DNA of 63,617 nucleotides, filler included, from Octopus bimaculoides (taxonomy: Eukaryota), in assembly GCF_001194135.2 (NCBI RefSeq). It is 6 parts of 6 records of this genome, joined end to end, with 100 filler letters (N's around TTAATTAATTAA, not from the genome) between each part and the next. Parts side by side here need not be neighbours in the genome. Positions count along the whole stretch, not along the records: positions 11,902 to 27,345 come from NW_026357906.1; 5 more parts are not named here. The stretch is one strand, 5' to 3'. This document shows positions 12,686 through 24,424 of this stretch, piece by piece. The position numbers and the translations under genes were made by a program. Each line of letters opens with the position of its first letter. Position 1 is the stretch's first letter. The notes below the pieces were generated by a model, which saw only the letters and a program-made list of their open reading frames with translations, had not been told where the DNA came from and made no database searches.

Positions 12686-12870
12686 CTGTTGTATAGAAGC
12701 CATTTCTGAACTGTCCATTGTTGAGTTGATGGATGGGTTGATGGCGGATACCATTGCAGCTACTTCCATATGTCGATTGCAAATAACTGGTTTACCATTT
12801 AAATACAGCCAATTCTTTTCAGCTATTCCATTGCTGATAGTTTGCCCTCTCTTATCTTCATTTCCTTTAC
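12686..12870 (-). CDS. MEN1: Menin coding exon (185 nt, phase 1-0), equivalent to human menin G200-Q261
   Basis: Not in the ORF track. Minus-strand translation is (G)KGNEDKRGQTISNGIAEKNWLYLNGKPVICNRHMEVAAMVSAINPSINSTMDSSEMASIQQ, matching human [61 protein letters not shown]. Acceptor tactgcag|GT, donor CAG|gtaaac. Phase is compatible with the 21710-21862 exon. Confidence 0.97.
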
Positions 12871-13024
12871 CTGCAGTACAAAAGTAGTCAAGTTATTTGT
12901 AATTTTACAATTGATAAATGCTTTATTTGCATATTAAAAAAAAAACATGAAGAAACATAAAATAAGCCAATGTTCCATGAAGTAATTATAAAGTATTGCC
13001 CGAAACTGCGTTTACAAATATTTG

Positions 13025-15060
13025 CAGTGGTAAGAGAAATGTGGAAGAAAGATGTAGCAGAGTGGTAGTGTGTAGCTGAAGGTATCTATTTACCTAAAGA
13101 GAAGGAGGCAAAAACACTAGAGCAATTCAGACCCATTTCACTACTAAATATCGATGGGAAGATTCGTACAGTATAAGGGATATGTTAATGAAGCAATCCA
13201 AAAGGCAAGGATCCTTGGAATCCCCAGATGCATAGAACATGCATTTGTCATCTGGGAGCTATCAATCAACTGTGCAAAACAACTGAAAAAAAAAACCTGT
13301 ACGTTGTATGGTTAGATCTTGCCAATGCATATAGATCTGTTCCACATGCACTAATTCAAGCAACTATGGACTTCTTTTGGATTCCGGAAGATGTTCAACG
13401 AATGCTGTTGTGTTACTACGACAACTTGAGGATGAGGTTTACAGCATGAAAGTTCACAATGGAGTGGCAATGGCNNNNNNNNNNNNNNNNNNNNNNNNNN
13501 NNNNNNNNNNNNNNNNNNNNNNNNNNNNNNNNNNNNNNNNNNNNNNNNNNNNNNNNNNNNNNNNNNNNNNNNNNNTAGTCATGGAGATGTTACTAAGATC
13601 AACAAACTGTGAGAAATCTGTTACAAAGACACCATTAAGGGCTTTATGGACAACATTACTGTATTATAAGAAAGTAGAGAAGCAGCAGATGGAACGTTAG
13701 AGCGGTTGAACGAGAATGAAATTCAAAGCCAAAAAATCTTGAAGCATGTCTTTCGTGAAAGGAGTTCAAAAAGAAGTGAAATTCGGGATAGGAAGTGAAG
13801 ATATACCAATGGTGAAAGAATGACCAGTAAAGAGTCTTGGCAGGTGGTACAGAGATTTACTAAATGGTAAGAAGCAAAGCAAAGAAACACATGATTTAGT
13901 GGAACAGAGACTAAAGGCAATTGACAGAACAACATTACTGGGGAAATTCAAATACTGGATACTACAATTTGGACTATACCCAAGGATAATGTGGCCATTA
14001 CAAATATATGAAATAGCCTCAAGTAGAGTATAAAGGATGGGACAAAGATGCAGTGTGTTTATCAGAAAATGGCTTGGTCTTCCAAAACCACTGAATATAA
14101 CTGCACTATATGGAAAACCCGTGTTGTAACTGCTGATAACATCAATCACTGAAGAGTATAAGGTAGGAAAGGCAAGGACAGTAATGATGCTAAGGTATTC
14201 AAAAGATCAGAGCATCTGAGAAAACCCTCCAAAGATACGAACAGGGAGGAAATGGAAAGTGGAAGAAGCAGTAAACAGCGTAATCGGAAAATTAGTCAAC
14301 AGGGACAGTGAGTGCCTGAGATGGGAGGAATATGCAGTCAGTCGCAGAATCTCATGGAAGGAACTTTGGGCTTAGGAACAAGCAAGAACACCCTTCCTAA
14401 TCAAGTCCACCTGCAATGTTTTACCTTCATTGGCCAATTTAGTCCAGTGCAACATACAAACGACTGATGAATGTAGATGCGGAGAGAAAGCAACGGTGAG
14501 ACATGTTCTGTCAAACTGTAGGCTAGCATTAGACAGATATATACATATGGCATCACAATCAAGTCCTCAGTATCATAAGTGCAGCACTCAAGGAGAGGAT
14601 TGAGGGATATAATAGGGGAGAGTACCCAAAAGTGGAAAAGCACGGAAGGATATACTTCCAGAAAGAGGGAAAAGGACATAAGACCAGGCCTTCAAATAAA
14701 GTATATGAGACAGATAAAAGATGGAAGGGATACTGGGAACTAGCCACAGATTTGGAAAGACTGTAAATAGTTCCACTCATAAAAACAACAAAAAGACCAG
14801 ACTTAATCCTATGGAACACAGAACAGAAAATTGGAATTTTGCTAGAGCCATAAGAAGAGAACATCGCTAATGCAGAGCAATGGAAGGAGAAGAGGTATGA
14901 AAAATTAATCGAAGAGTGTGGAGAACAGAGGCTTCAATGAAAGGAAAATGGCAACATTATTTAAAAGACGGTTTGCATTTTCGAGCTCAGAGCTGAGAAA
15001 AGTGATAAGCAAGATACAGGAGGCAGACAAAGCCAGATTCTATATATGGCTGAAATGAGA
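13025..15060 (+). mobile_element. Decayed non-LTR retrotransposon of the R2/NeSL group (Hero-like): RT + CCHC zinc finger + restriction-like endonuclease
   Basis: Frameshifted motifs in order: AEGIYLPKEK..EQFRPISLLNIDGKI; VVWLDLANAYRSVPH; LQFGLYPRIMWPLQIYEI; CRCGEKATVRHVLSNC..LDRYTWHHNQVL; KRPDLILWN..P*EENI (REL). Confidence 0.9.
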
Positions 15061-15639
15061 AGGCTCAAAATAGCTCAAAAAGCCATAACATGCCGACTGG
15101 GAAATAGCGTCGCTAGGTGAGGCTCGCAGGTACTTAAGCAGCATTGCTGATTGACAGGTGGGCCAAGGTAGCAATCTCATTCATTGCATGCTCTTCTCCT
15201 GGTTTCAAGGCTTGTACCACCAAACAGCTGGTCAGGTATGGCTGCTGAAACTGAAATGACATTGTTGGAAGGTAGGTTTAGAGAGGGTGTGGTCCAAAAC
15301 TACACGTTCTTCCCCCTCCATTGGTCAGTTGAAGCTTAGATAGTGCCTTTGACAGTTAGCTGGTGCTGGCTGCTGGAGCCTACCAGCAAGCATTTAAAGG
15401 GAAATTTGGCAGGATAGTCATTTGCCTGCTGACATTTGTTGATGCTGCATTGAAGAAACCAAAGAACAAAAGAGAAAAGGAGAAAGAAAAAAACACACTC
15501 AGCACCAGAGCTGAAGACACCTCCACCATGTCGAAAACAGTAGAGGAGTAGGGGCCAAAACCAGACGTGGTTCCTCCTGATGATGTTTTTAGCCACTGAA
15601 TCCTATAAAGGAGCTGTTGAGGAACCACGGAACATGCTT

Positions 15640-16075
15640 GGAATTCCTTATATAAGATGACAAAGGACTGAGACACTTGGTATCTTGCTGGAAACAGCAG
15701 AAGTGTTCAGAACACTCATTCAAGTGGTGTAAGGCATTTATGGCAGTGTCATGTAAAAGTGCCCATGTGGGACCATGTAAAAACACCAGTGTAGCGCCAT
15801 ATAAAAGTGCCCATGCAGCACCACATAAAAGCATCCATGCAGACCCATGTAAAAGTACTTGTGTGTTGCCACATAAAAGTGCCCATGCAGTGCCATGTAG
15901 GAGCACCCAGCATACTCTGTAAAGTGGTTGGCATTAGGAAGGGCATCCAGCTAAAAAAAACCATGCCAAATCAGACTGCAGTCTGATGCAGCTCTCCAGT
16001 TTGCCAGCACTGGTCAAACCATCCAACCCATGTCAGCATGGACAATGGGTATTAAACGATGATGATGATATATAC
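15640..16075 (+). mobile_element. RTE-type 3' tail element with an internal 24-bp tandem repeat (about 15738-15905)
   Basis: Ends ggttggcattaggaagggcatccagct...ttaaacgatgatgatgat, similar to the reverse complement of 17801-17975. About 7 copies of an atgtaaaagtgcccatgcagcacc-like unit. Confidence 0.8.
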
Positions 16076-16454
16076 ATGCACATATACATACATAGACAAA
16101 TCAAAAATAAAAGCAAAACAACAAAAGTCAAAAGGATGTACACTGTGAATGTACTGATTGACACTCAGTTTAAGAGTTCAAGATGGAAAAAAGAGGGGAG
16201 ATATATATAAGATATGCATTCCAGAGATTTTAAACATTTTTAGGAGAGGGAGTTATAACTGTCTAAGGTTACTGTAATTTTAGTATATCATTACTGTACA
16301 TCTAATAAGCTGACCTGTCAACTTTTGTTGTTGTCATCCTTCAGCCAATCTATGGTCAGTCATAACTCCATTGACAATCCCTTTCTGCACTACATGGTCC
16401 TGCATTGCTGTGTTCAGGTCTCTATTATCCAGCCCTGGAGCCCTGAGACATAGT

Positions 16455-16830
16455 ATCTGGAAATGTCAAAGCTCTTGCTTGGGATGCATCTAACAGATTT
16501 GATAAGATCTGGCACTCAAACCTTCTACCCACGTTAAAAGTTAAAATATTTGGAACATTGATTGAACCGGTCCTTCTCTATGGATCAGAGACCTGGACCT
16601 CATCAGCTCTCTTAGAAAAACAACTAGATGGAACATATACCAACCTGCTCAGAAAGATACAGTTGGAGATCACGCCCAAAACTTAGTAACATCTACAGAA
16701 ATCTGATACCAATATCCCTCAAGCTAAAGCAGAAACAGCTACAATCTGCTGGCCACTGTCATCGAGCAGAGAAAGAGGTTATCTCATCCCTGCTCCTATG
16801 GTATCCCGTTGGAGGTATTTTCTCCAGGAA
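16455..16830 (+). mobile_element. RTE-clade LINE fragment, post-RT region
   Basis: KALAWDASNRFDKIWHSNL..KVKIFGTLIEPVLLYGSETWT...QLDGTYTNLLR and LQSAGHCHR..SSLLLWYP, a typical RTE C-terminal pattern. Confidence 0.85.
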
Positions 16831-17309
16831 ACACAACAGCTCTTCAATATGAATATGAAATACTCAGAAATCTTTAGCAACAAAATTAGAATAGGCCATA
16901 GTCTAACTAGCAACCTCGCTACTATTAAAGCTTCTATTAACAATAAAAAGCTAGACTCCTACGAAATTAGGAAGAATAACAATAAAAATCACAACAACCA
17001 ATCAATTGATATAGTAAGTGATTGCCCCAAATAATTTGCCCTCTAAAAATACGGACAACCACCTTATAAATGATAATCACCCTCACTATATTATAGGCAC
17101 AGATAATCTTACTATGTTTTCAATACAGGAGATTAGGATTTCACCCAAGAAACACATTTGCAATATTTTAATTTTCTCCCTCCCCACCCAATTTCTTCAA
17201 TTTTACTCTTTTCCAAATCTTTTTCTTGGTAATCCATGGAGTAAAAAACAGAGAGTACGAATTTATAAGAATTTACTTCTCCTTTTTTCCTTAAAGAAAC
17301 ATTAAAATC

Positions 17310-17610
17310 TCCTTCCCAAACATCCACCCATCACCTCACCACACTCAAGAAGCTACAAACTCCCAATGTTTCACTTTTAGCTTTTTGGAAAGCAGAGACC
17401 TTTCTTCAGAAATAATGTCGTTTACCTGTTTTTTCTAGCATGTCGGGTTTTCTGGTGGTGGTCTGGTATTTTTTACGTCTGATATTTCAGTACAATTCTA
17501 TGCATGTGTGAAACATCAATGAAAGTAAAACATTGGGAGGTTTTAGCTTTCTTAAAGCGGGTAGATGATGGGCAAGCAAGGTGGGAGAAGGGGCACTGAG
17601 TGTTTCGTTA
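17310..17610. mobile_element. Diverged inverted-repeat remnant, Penelope-LTR-like
   Basis: cccatcacc..aagaagctacaaactcccaatgtttcactttt (17325-17380) is inverted at 17520-17575, at roughly 75% identity by eye. Confidence 0.5.
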
Positions 17611-17642
17611 AGAAAAATTAAATTTTAAAAGAAAATATTTTA

Positions 17643-17802
17643 CAAGTGGCTGTGTGGTAAGTAGCTTGCTTACCAACCACATGGCTCCGGGTTCAGTCCC
17701 ACTGCGTGGCACCTTGGACAAGTGTCCTCTATTATAGCCTTGGGCCGATCAAAGCCTTGTGAGTGGATTTGGTAGACAGAAACTGAAAGAAGCCTGTCGT
17801 AT
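17643..17802 (+). mobile_element. SINE family B head and core
   Basis: gtggctgtgtggtaag (A box) ... gggttcagtccc (B box). Near-identical to 63422-63575. Confidence 0.9.
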
Positions 17803-20800
17803 CATCATCATCATCGTTTAACGTCCGCTTTTCATGCTAGCATGGGTTGGACGATTTGACTGAGGACTGGTGAACCAGATGGCTACACCAGGCACCAATC
17901 TGATTTGGCAGAGTTTCTACAGCTGGATGCCCTTCCTAACGCCAACCACTCCGAGAGTGTAGTGGGTGCTTTTACGTGCCACCAGCATGAAGGCCAGTCA
18001 GGAGGTACTGGCAACGGCCATGCTCGAAATGGTGTATTCTACGTGCCACCTGCACAGGAGCCAGTCCAGCGGTACAGGCAACGAACTCGCTCAAATGTCT
18101 TTTCACATGTCACTGGCACAAGTGCCAGGAAGGTGACATTGGTAACGATCACGTTCAATGGTGCTATTTACGTGCCACCGGCACGGAAGCCAGACGGCAA
18201 CGATCACGCTCGGACGGTGCTATTAGTGATCTATTGGTACAGGTACCATCACGATTTCGCTTTCACTTGCTCCAACAGGTCTTAGCAAGCCGAGCTTAGT
18301 GTCCAAAGAAGGAATGTTACGCGTAAGTGGGCTGGCTACATCCCTGGCAAAGGCCACGGGTTATGGTCTCACTTAGCTTTCCAGGTCTTCTCACGCACAG
18401 CATATTTCCAAAGGTCTCGGTCAGAAGTCATCGCCTCGGTGAGGCCTAATGTTCGAAGGTCGTGCCTCACCACCTCATCCCAAGTCTTCCTGGACCTGCC
18501 TCTTCCACGGGTTCCTTCAACCGCTAGGGTGTGGCACTTTTTCACACAGCTATCCTCATCCATTCTCACCACATGTCCATACCAGTGCAATCATCTCTAT
18601 TGCACACCACAACTGATGCTTCATAGGTTCAACTTTTCTCTCAAAATACTTACACTCTGTCGGGTATGCACACTGACATTACACATCCATCGGAGCATAC
18701 TGGCTTCATTCCTTGCGAGCTTATGCATATCCTCAGCAGTCACAGCCCATGTTTCACTGCCATGTAGCATGGCTGTTTGTACACATGCGTCATACAGTCT
18801 GCATTTTACTCTGAGTGAGAGTCCCTTTGTCACCAGCAGAGGTAAGAGCTCTCTGAACTTTGCCCAGGCTATTCTTGTTCTAGCAGCTACACTTTCAGCG
18901 CACCCTCCCCTACTACTAACTTGGTCACTCAGATATCGGANNNNNNNNNNNNNNNNNNNNNNNNNNNNNNNNNNNNNNNNNNNNNNNNNNNNNNNNNNNN
19001 NNNNNNNNNNNNNNNNNNNNNNNNNNNNNNNNNNNNNNNNNNNNNNNNNNNNNNNNNNNNNNNNNNNNNNNNNNNNNNNNNNNNNNNNNNNNNNNNNNNN
19101 NNNNNNNNNNNNNNNNNNNNNNNNNNNNNNNNNNNNNNNNNNNNNNNNNNNNNNNNNNNNNNNNNNNNNNNNNNNNNNNNNNNNNNNNNNNNNNNNNNNN
19201 NNNNNNNNNNNNNNNNNNNNNNNNNNNNNNNNNNNNNNNNNNNNNNNNNNNNNNNNNNNNNNNNNNNNNNNNNNNNNNNNNNNNNNNNNNNNNNNNNNNN
19301 NNNNNNNNNNNNNNNNNNNNNNNNNNNNNNNNNNNNNNNNNNNNNNNNNNNNNNNNNNNNNNNNNNNNNNNNNNNNNNNNNNNNNNNNNNNNNNNNNNNN
19401 NNNNNNNNNNNNNNNNNNNNNNNNNNNNNNNNNNNNNNNNNNNNNNNNNNNNNNNNNNNNNNNNNNNNNNNNNNNNNNNNNNNNNNNNNNNNNNNNNNNN
19501 NNNNNNNNNNNNNNNNNNNNNNNNNNNNNNNNNNNNNNNNNNNNNNNNNNNNNNNNNNNNNNNNNNNNNNNNNNNNNNNNNNNNNNNNNNNNNNNNNNNN
19601 NNNNNNNNNNNNNNNNNNNNNNNNNNNNNNNNNNNNNNNNNNNNNNNNNNNNNNNNNNNNNNNNNNNNNNNNNNNNNNNNNNNNNNNNNNNNNNNNNNNN
19701 NNNNNNNNNNNNNNNNNNNNNNNNNNNNNNNNNNNNNNNNNNNNNNNNNNNNNNNNNNNNNNNNNNNNNNNNNNNNNNNNNNNNNNNNNNNNNNNNNNNN
19801 NNNNNNNNNNNNNNNNNNNNNNNNNNNNNNNNNNNNNNNNNNNNNNNNNNNNNNNNNNNNNNNNNNNNNNNNNNNNATCTACCATGGTACTGTCAATTCG
19901 GATAGCTGGTCCCTCTGTTGGCTCGACATTCGGCAGACTCTCTTTCTCTCATTCATTCTCTTTATTGAGCAATCTTTCATAGTGGCATCTCCAAACCTCT
20001 TTCTTTTGCAGCCTCGTTTAGTGCAAGCGTACCATCATCCATGCGAACACATTTCTCTCCCACGACATCACGATTCTCTCTCACACACTGTCTTGCAACA
20101 CGAAATACTTCAAGTCTTTGGTACTCACGGTGCAGAACATTGGCAAACTTTTTCTTATCTGCTTCCCCTCTGGCTAAATAAACCTGTCTCCTAGCTTCCC
20201 TTCTAGCAGTCTGATACAATTCCCTGCTACCTCCGTTTTTCCAAGCCTGTTTCTTTTGTCTAATAGCCCTGACAACCACATTGTTCCACCACCACGTTAC
20301 TTTGGATCAAGAGGGGACTTTACACCAGCCACAGATCTGGTCGGTGGCTCTCAGCAGGTTGTCCCGTAGAAACCTCCAGTTGTCTTCCACGTTGTATGAT
20401 GCTATATTCCCTTCTATTTCGTCAAATGCTTCAAGTAGTATGTCTCTAAATCTCTGTCCATTTGCAGGATCTTTAAGCTTCCAAACCCTTCTCCTCCAAG
20501 CCAGTCTACTTCTGGGTATCCTTTTCACCTTGATCCCGAAGTCGCTAACTACTAATCTGTGTTGAGGGGTACATTCTTTGCCAGGGAAGGTTTTGGCATT
20601 TATAAGCAACCCTCTTTCCCTATTTCTGGCGAGGATGTAGTCGATTTGGCTAGAATGTCTGCCAGAACGGTAGGTGACTAGGTGACAGGCTGGTTTCCTG
20701 AAGTTGGTATTGCAAACCATAAGATCGTTTGCATCACAGAACTCCAGCAGTCTGGTTCCCTCCTCATTGCAGGAACTGAAGCTATAGCCTCCATGTACGC

Positions 20801-21030
20801 CATGGAAGCCCCTGCATGATGTCCAACATGACCATTGAAATCACCAGCCACAAAGAGAAGGTCCCTGTCATTCTTCAATGAGGTAGTTTGCAGGAGGGTG
20901 TCATAGAATTGGTCTTTCTGCCCATCCAGTAGCCCCGGTTGAGGGGCATGGTCGCATAGGCCGAGATGACGGTAGCTACTCTATGATGAAGCACTAATCT
21001 AATCTGAAGTACTCTGTCACATACTCTGAC
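17801..21030 (-). mobile_element. 5'-truncated RTE LINE (APE endonuclease + RT; RT core falls in the 937-N gap)
   Basis: APE motifs VISAYA, VAGDFNGHVG, SQIDYIL and QHRLVVSDF at 20300-21020. Post-RT motifs AWAKFRELLPLL, LHGSETWA and WYGHVVRMDEDSCVKKC at 18370-18940. The 3' UTR has ~65-bp tandem repeats and a (GAT)n tail. Confidence 0.93.
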
Positions 21031-21039
21031 TATTATATG

Positions 21040-21285
21040 TATATATATATATGTATGTGTGTGTGTATGTTTGTGTGTCTGTGTTTGTCCCCCCTCCACC
21101 CAAACATCGCTTGACAACCGATGCTGGTGTTTACATCCCCGTAACTTAGCGGTTTGGCAAAAGAGACCGATACAATAAGTACTAGGCTTACAAAGAATAA
21201 GTCCTGGGGTCGATTCGCTCAACTAAAGGCAGTGCTCCAGCATGGCCACAGTCAAATGACTGAAACAAGTAAAAGAGTAAAAGAG
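21040..21285 (+). mobile_element. SINE family B 3' half after a TA/TG tract
   Basis: Matches 1-205. Confidence 0.85.
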
Positions 21286-21477
21286 ATTTGTAATCTCTGT
21301 ATTTTTCTACATGGATAAACATAAGGAAACAATGTAATTATTTTGCTTTCTATTATTGATTTAAATTTGTTAAAAATGGTTTGATATCTATATGGTCATC
21401 TGCTTCTGGAGAGAGCGGTTTCTTCCAAATTGATGTAATGTTTTCATTGATCAGTTGACATGAAAGCAGCAAACGAA

Positions 21478-21680
21478 CAGAATTGTTAGTATGCTGGGCA
21501 AAATGCCTTGTGACATTTTGTCCATCTTTATGTTCTGAGTTCAAACCCCAGCATGGCCACTTTGCCTTTCTTTCTTTCAGGGTCTATAAAATGAGTACCA
21601 ATTGAACACTGGGTTGATGTAATCGACTTACCTCCCTCCCCCGAAATTGCTGGCCTTCTGCCAAAATTTGAAACCAATAT
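21478..21680 (+). mobile_element. SINE family A
   Basis: cagaattgttagtatgctgggcaaaatg...gttctgagttcaaa...ctttgcctttc, matching 58293-58530. Confidence 0.8.
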
Positions 21681-21709
21681 GAGCTTAACCTGGAAATATT
21701 TAAACTTAC

Positions 21710-21862
21710 CATGCCATGTCACTTCAGCAGATTCTTTGCCACCTTTACCAAAATTTACCCAGGCATGATCTTCAGAAAGTACTAAATGTACATCATCAAA
21801 ACCAAGTATTTGCAATGCTGCAACAACAGCAAATGCAACTCCGAAACAATCAAGTTTGTTTC
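21710..21862 (-). CDS. MEN1: Menin coding exon (153 nt, phase 1-1), equivalent to human menin G149-G200
   Basis: Translates to (G)[50 protein letters not shown](G), matching human [52 protein letters not shown]. Acceptor ttttaatttcag|GA and donor CATG|gtaagt are canonical. Confidence 0.97.
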
Positions 21863-22486
21863 CTGAAATTAAAAACAAAACAAATATACAAGTAATTGAA
21901 AATGCTTTTAAAATTGTTTTTAAAATTCACTCATCAAAAATTATACATATTTTCTTTAATGCAGATTTAAATGTGAATATGTTAATCACTGTTGTATTTT
22001 GCTTTCAGAGAACACCTCTTTTCAGACAATGTGTGTTGACAACTCACTTGGTTTATTATTATAAGGAAACTTCAGCAAAGATAATCTCAGATCAATGAAT
22101 CTAAAGAGTACTAACTCTTGTTTATAGAATTAAACAAACAGATTATTTGTTGATAAGTGCTGATGCCTGCCAAATTGATATATTTTCATGTTTTATGACT
22201 GATCGATTTTGGATACATGGGTCAGCTAGTTCTGAAAATTTAAATATCTGTATGAATTGGTGGAATTGGAACTTCATGGACGGATACTTCAATAATATCA
22301 GTAAGATTTTAACTTTCTTTAGAGTTCAGGGTTGATTTTAGGATGTTTCTCAGTCATTTAAGTGAAAATTTAAAATAAATTAGCCTTAATACGAACATGA
22401 TTTTTGTTTCTCGTGATAAGAGATAAGATACAAGTCAAGATTTAATTATAGAGGTAGTTATTAAAAACTATATATATATATATCTT

Positions 22487-22853
22487 GTGGCACTCCATTG
22501 GTTACGATGACAAGGGTTCCAGATGATCCAATCAACAGAACAGCCTGCTCATGAAATTAACATGCAAGTGGTTGAGCATTCCACAGACACACGTATCCTT
22601 AACATAGTTCTCGGGGATATTCAGCGTGACACAGAGTGTGACAAGGCTGGCCCTTTGAAATACAAGCACAACAGAAACAGGAAGGAAGAGTGAGAGAAAG
22701 TTGTGGTGAAAGAGCACAGCAGGGTTCACCACCACGCCCTGCTGGAGCCTTGTGAAGCTTTAGGTGTCTTTGCTCAATAAACACTCACTACGCCCGGTCT
22801 GGGAATCGAAACCTCGAGTCTGCTGCCCTAATCACTGAGCCATTGTGCTTCCA
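22487..22853 (-). mobile_element. SINE family D
   Basis: Matches 4790-5172. Confidence 0.88.
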
Positions 22854-22870
22854 CACACACACATATATAT

Positions 22871-22958
<88 letters not shown>

Positions 22959-24424
22959 CTAGCAGTATAACCCAACGTTGTCCAGGTGTGACTTATTACA
23001 CCATCTATGATAAGTCTTACTAGGTGAAAAATCAACTAAAAAACAAAGCGTTACAACAAAAAAACCCTTATGATGTAAATATGTTCATAATTCAAATTAC
23101 GATGAAATTAATAGGGTAAGTCTAAAGGCTGTTTTGCGTAACATTATTAAGCGTACGTAAATTTCATTCATCTAATTGGCTATAGAAATGCTTGAGCATA
23201 ACAACTTTTTGCGCTGCCTTGATTATACATAGCAGGGTAATCCCTTTTAGCAGGAGCTAGGACGGCAATTTGTGATGAAGCAATTGCTGGCGATCTGTTG
23301 CTAAACAGTTTTGCCAGAATTCTATCAGATTGGGCAGAAGATATTGATGCACCATTTTGCATTACGTTCAAAGTAGCTTCTGGAATGTGGTGAATTGCTG
23401 CAGTCTGTTGCTGTCATTTTAAACCGGTTGCTTTCTTTCCCCAGCAACTCTCTTCTTTGGAGGCATAATCTATGTATATATTAAACAGAACAACAAAAGT
23501 TATAATAGATGGCAGGGTCAGTAGTTTTCACATTTCTGTAATTTTTCAGATTAACACCCGCACGATTACCCAATCCTAACCCTAAAACCTTAAACCTAAC
23601 CCTAACCATAACCCTAAAACCATAACCGTAATACTAACCCTAATCCTAACCGTAACCCTAAACCCTAAACCCTACCCCTAACTGTAACTCTAAAACCCTA
23701 ACCCTAACACCCTAGTGAAAATCGTAGTATATTTACAAAATATTGACGAACATGAGTTATATTGTAGTGAACGCGCGTCTATGCGTTTGAGAGAGCGAGA
23801 GAGAAGAGGAAGAGAGAGGGGGAGAAAGGAATAGAGAACGGAAGCAATGAAGAGAGAGAAAGAGAGGAAGGGAGAACGAAAGACAGTTATAAAATAGCAA
23901 TGCGTGAGCATCTTTATATAACAAACACACACGAAGTAAACCTTATATCTATAATGTTGATGTGTGTATGTGTTTATGTGTATGTTGTTGTCACAGATCA
24001 TGTATGTGTGGTTGTGTGTGTTTTTACGTTTCTATGTTATGAAAAATAGGTAAAAAATATTAAGAGGAAAATTTAATCTATGACTTTGTATGTATCACTT
24101 TCTCTATCTCTCTCTCTCTGTCTCTCTCTCCCCCTCTTTTACTCTCACTCTCTATATTATATGCTGAGCGCATGATCAATGTGTAAGAACGCCGGTACAG
24201 GCAGAAGGGAAGAAATATAAAAGTTGCTAGAAACAACAGCCAAATCTCCCTTAAATTACACAAAGTAAACAGAATTTTAAAAATCTAATTACTGCACTGG
24301 AAAGTTCACATCGAAAAAATTCCATTGATGTAAAAAAATTTTACAAAGAAGTGGAAAATGTGGATTTCTATAAACTTTTTAAAAACTTCACACAGACATG
24401 CATCTTCAGCTTTATATATTAAGA
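22959..24424 (-). mobile_element. Complete non-autonomous Helitron (~1.47 kb)
   Basis: On the minus strand it starts A|TC (24424) and ends CTAG|T (22959), inserted at an AT with no TSD. Degenerate subterminal palindrome (acccaacgttgtccaggt). A second copy of the 5' end is at 11902-12261. Confidence 0.85.
23570..23715 (+). repeat. Degenerate (CCCTAA)n telomere-like array inside the Helitron
   Basis: Read directly: cctaaccctaaaaccttaaacctaaccctaacc... Confidence 0.9.

Noticed and set aside
15738-18240. Regularly spaced repeats as a CRISPR-like array
   Set aside because: Contiguous diverged tandem units without unique spacers, inside LINE 3' regions of a eukaryotic genome, with no cas genes.
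21353-21450. ITSIWKKPLSPEADDHIDIKPFL resembling menin [21 protein letters not shown]
   Set aside because: Weak match and on the wrong side (3') of the GNKLD exon.
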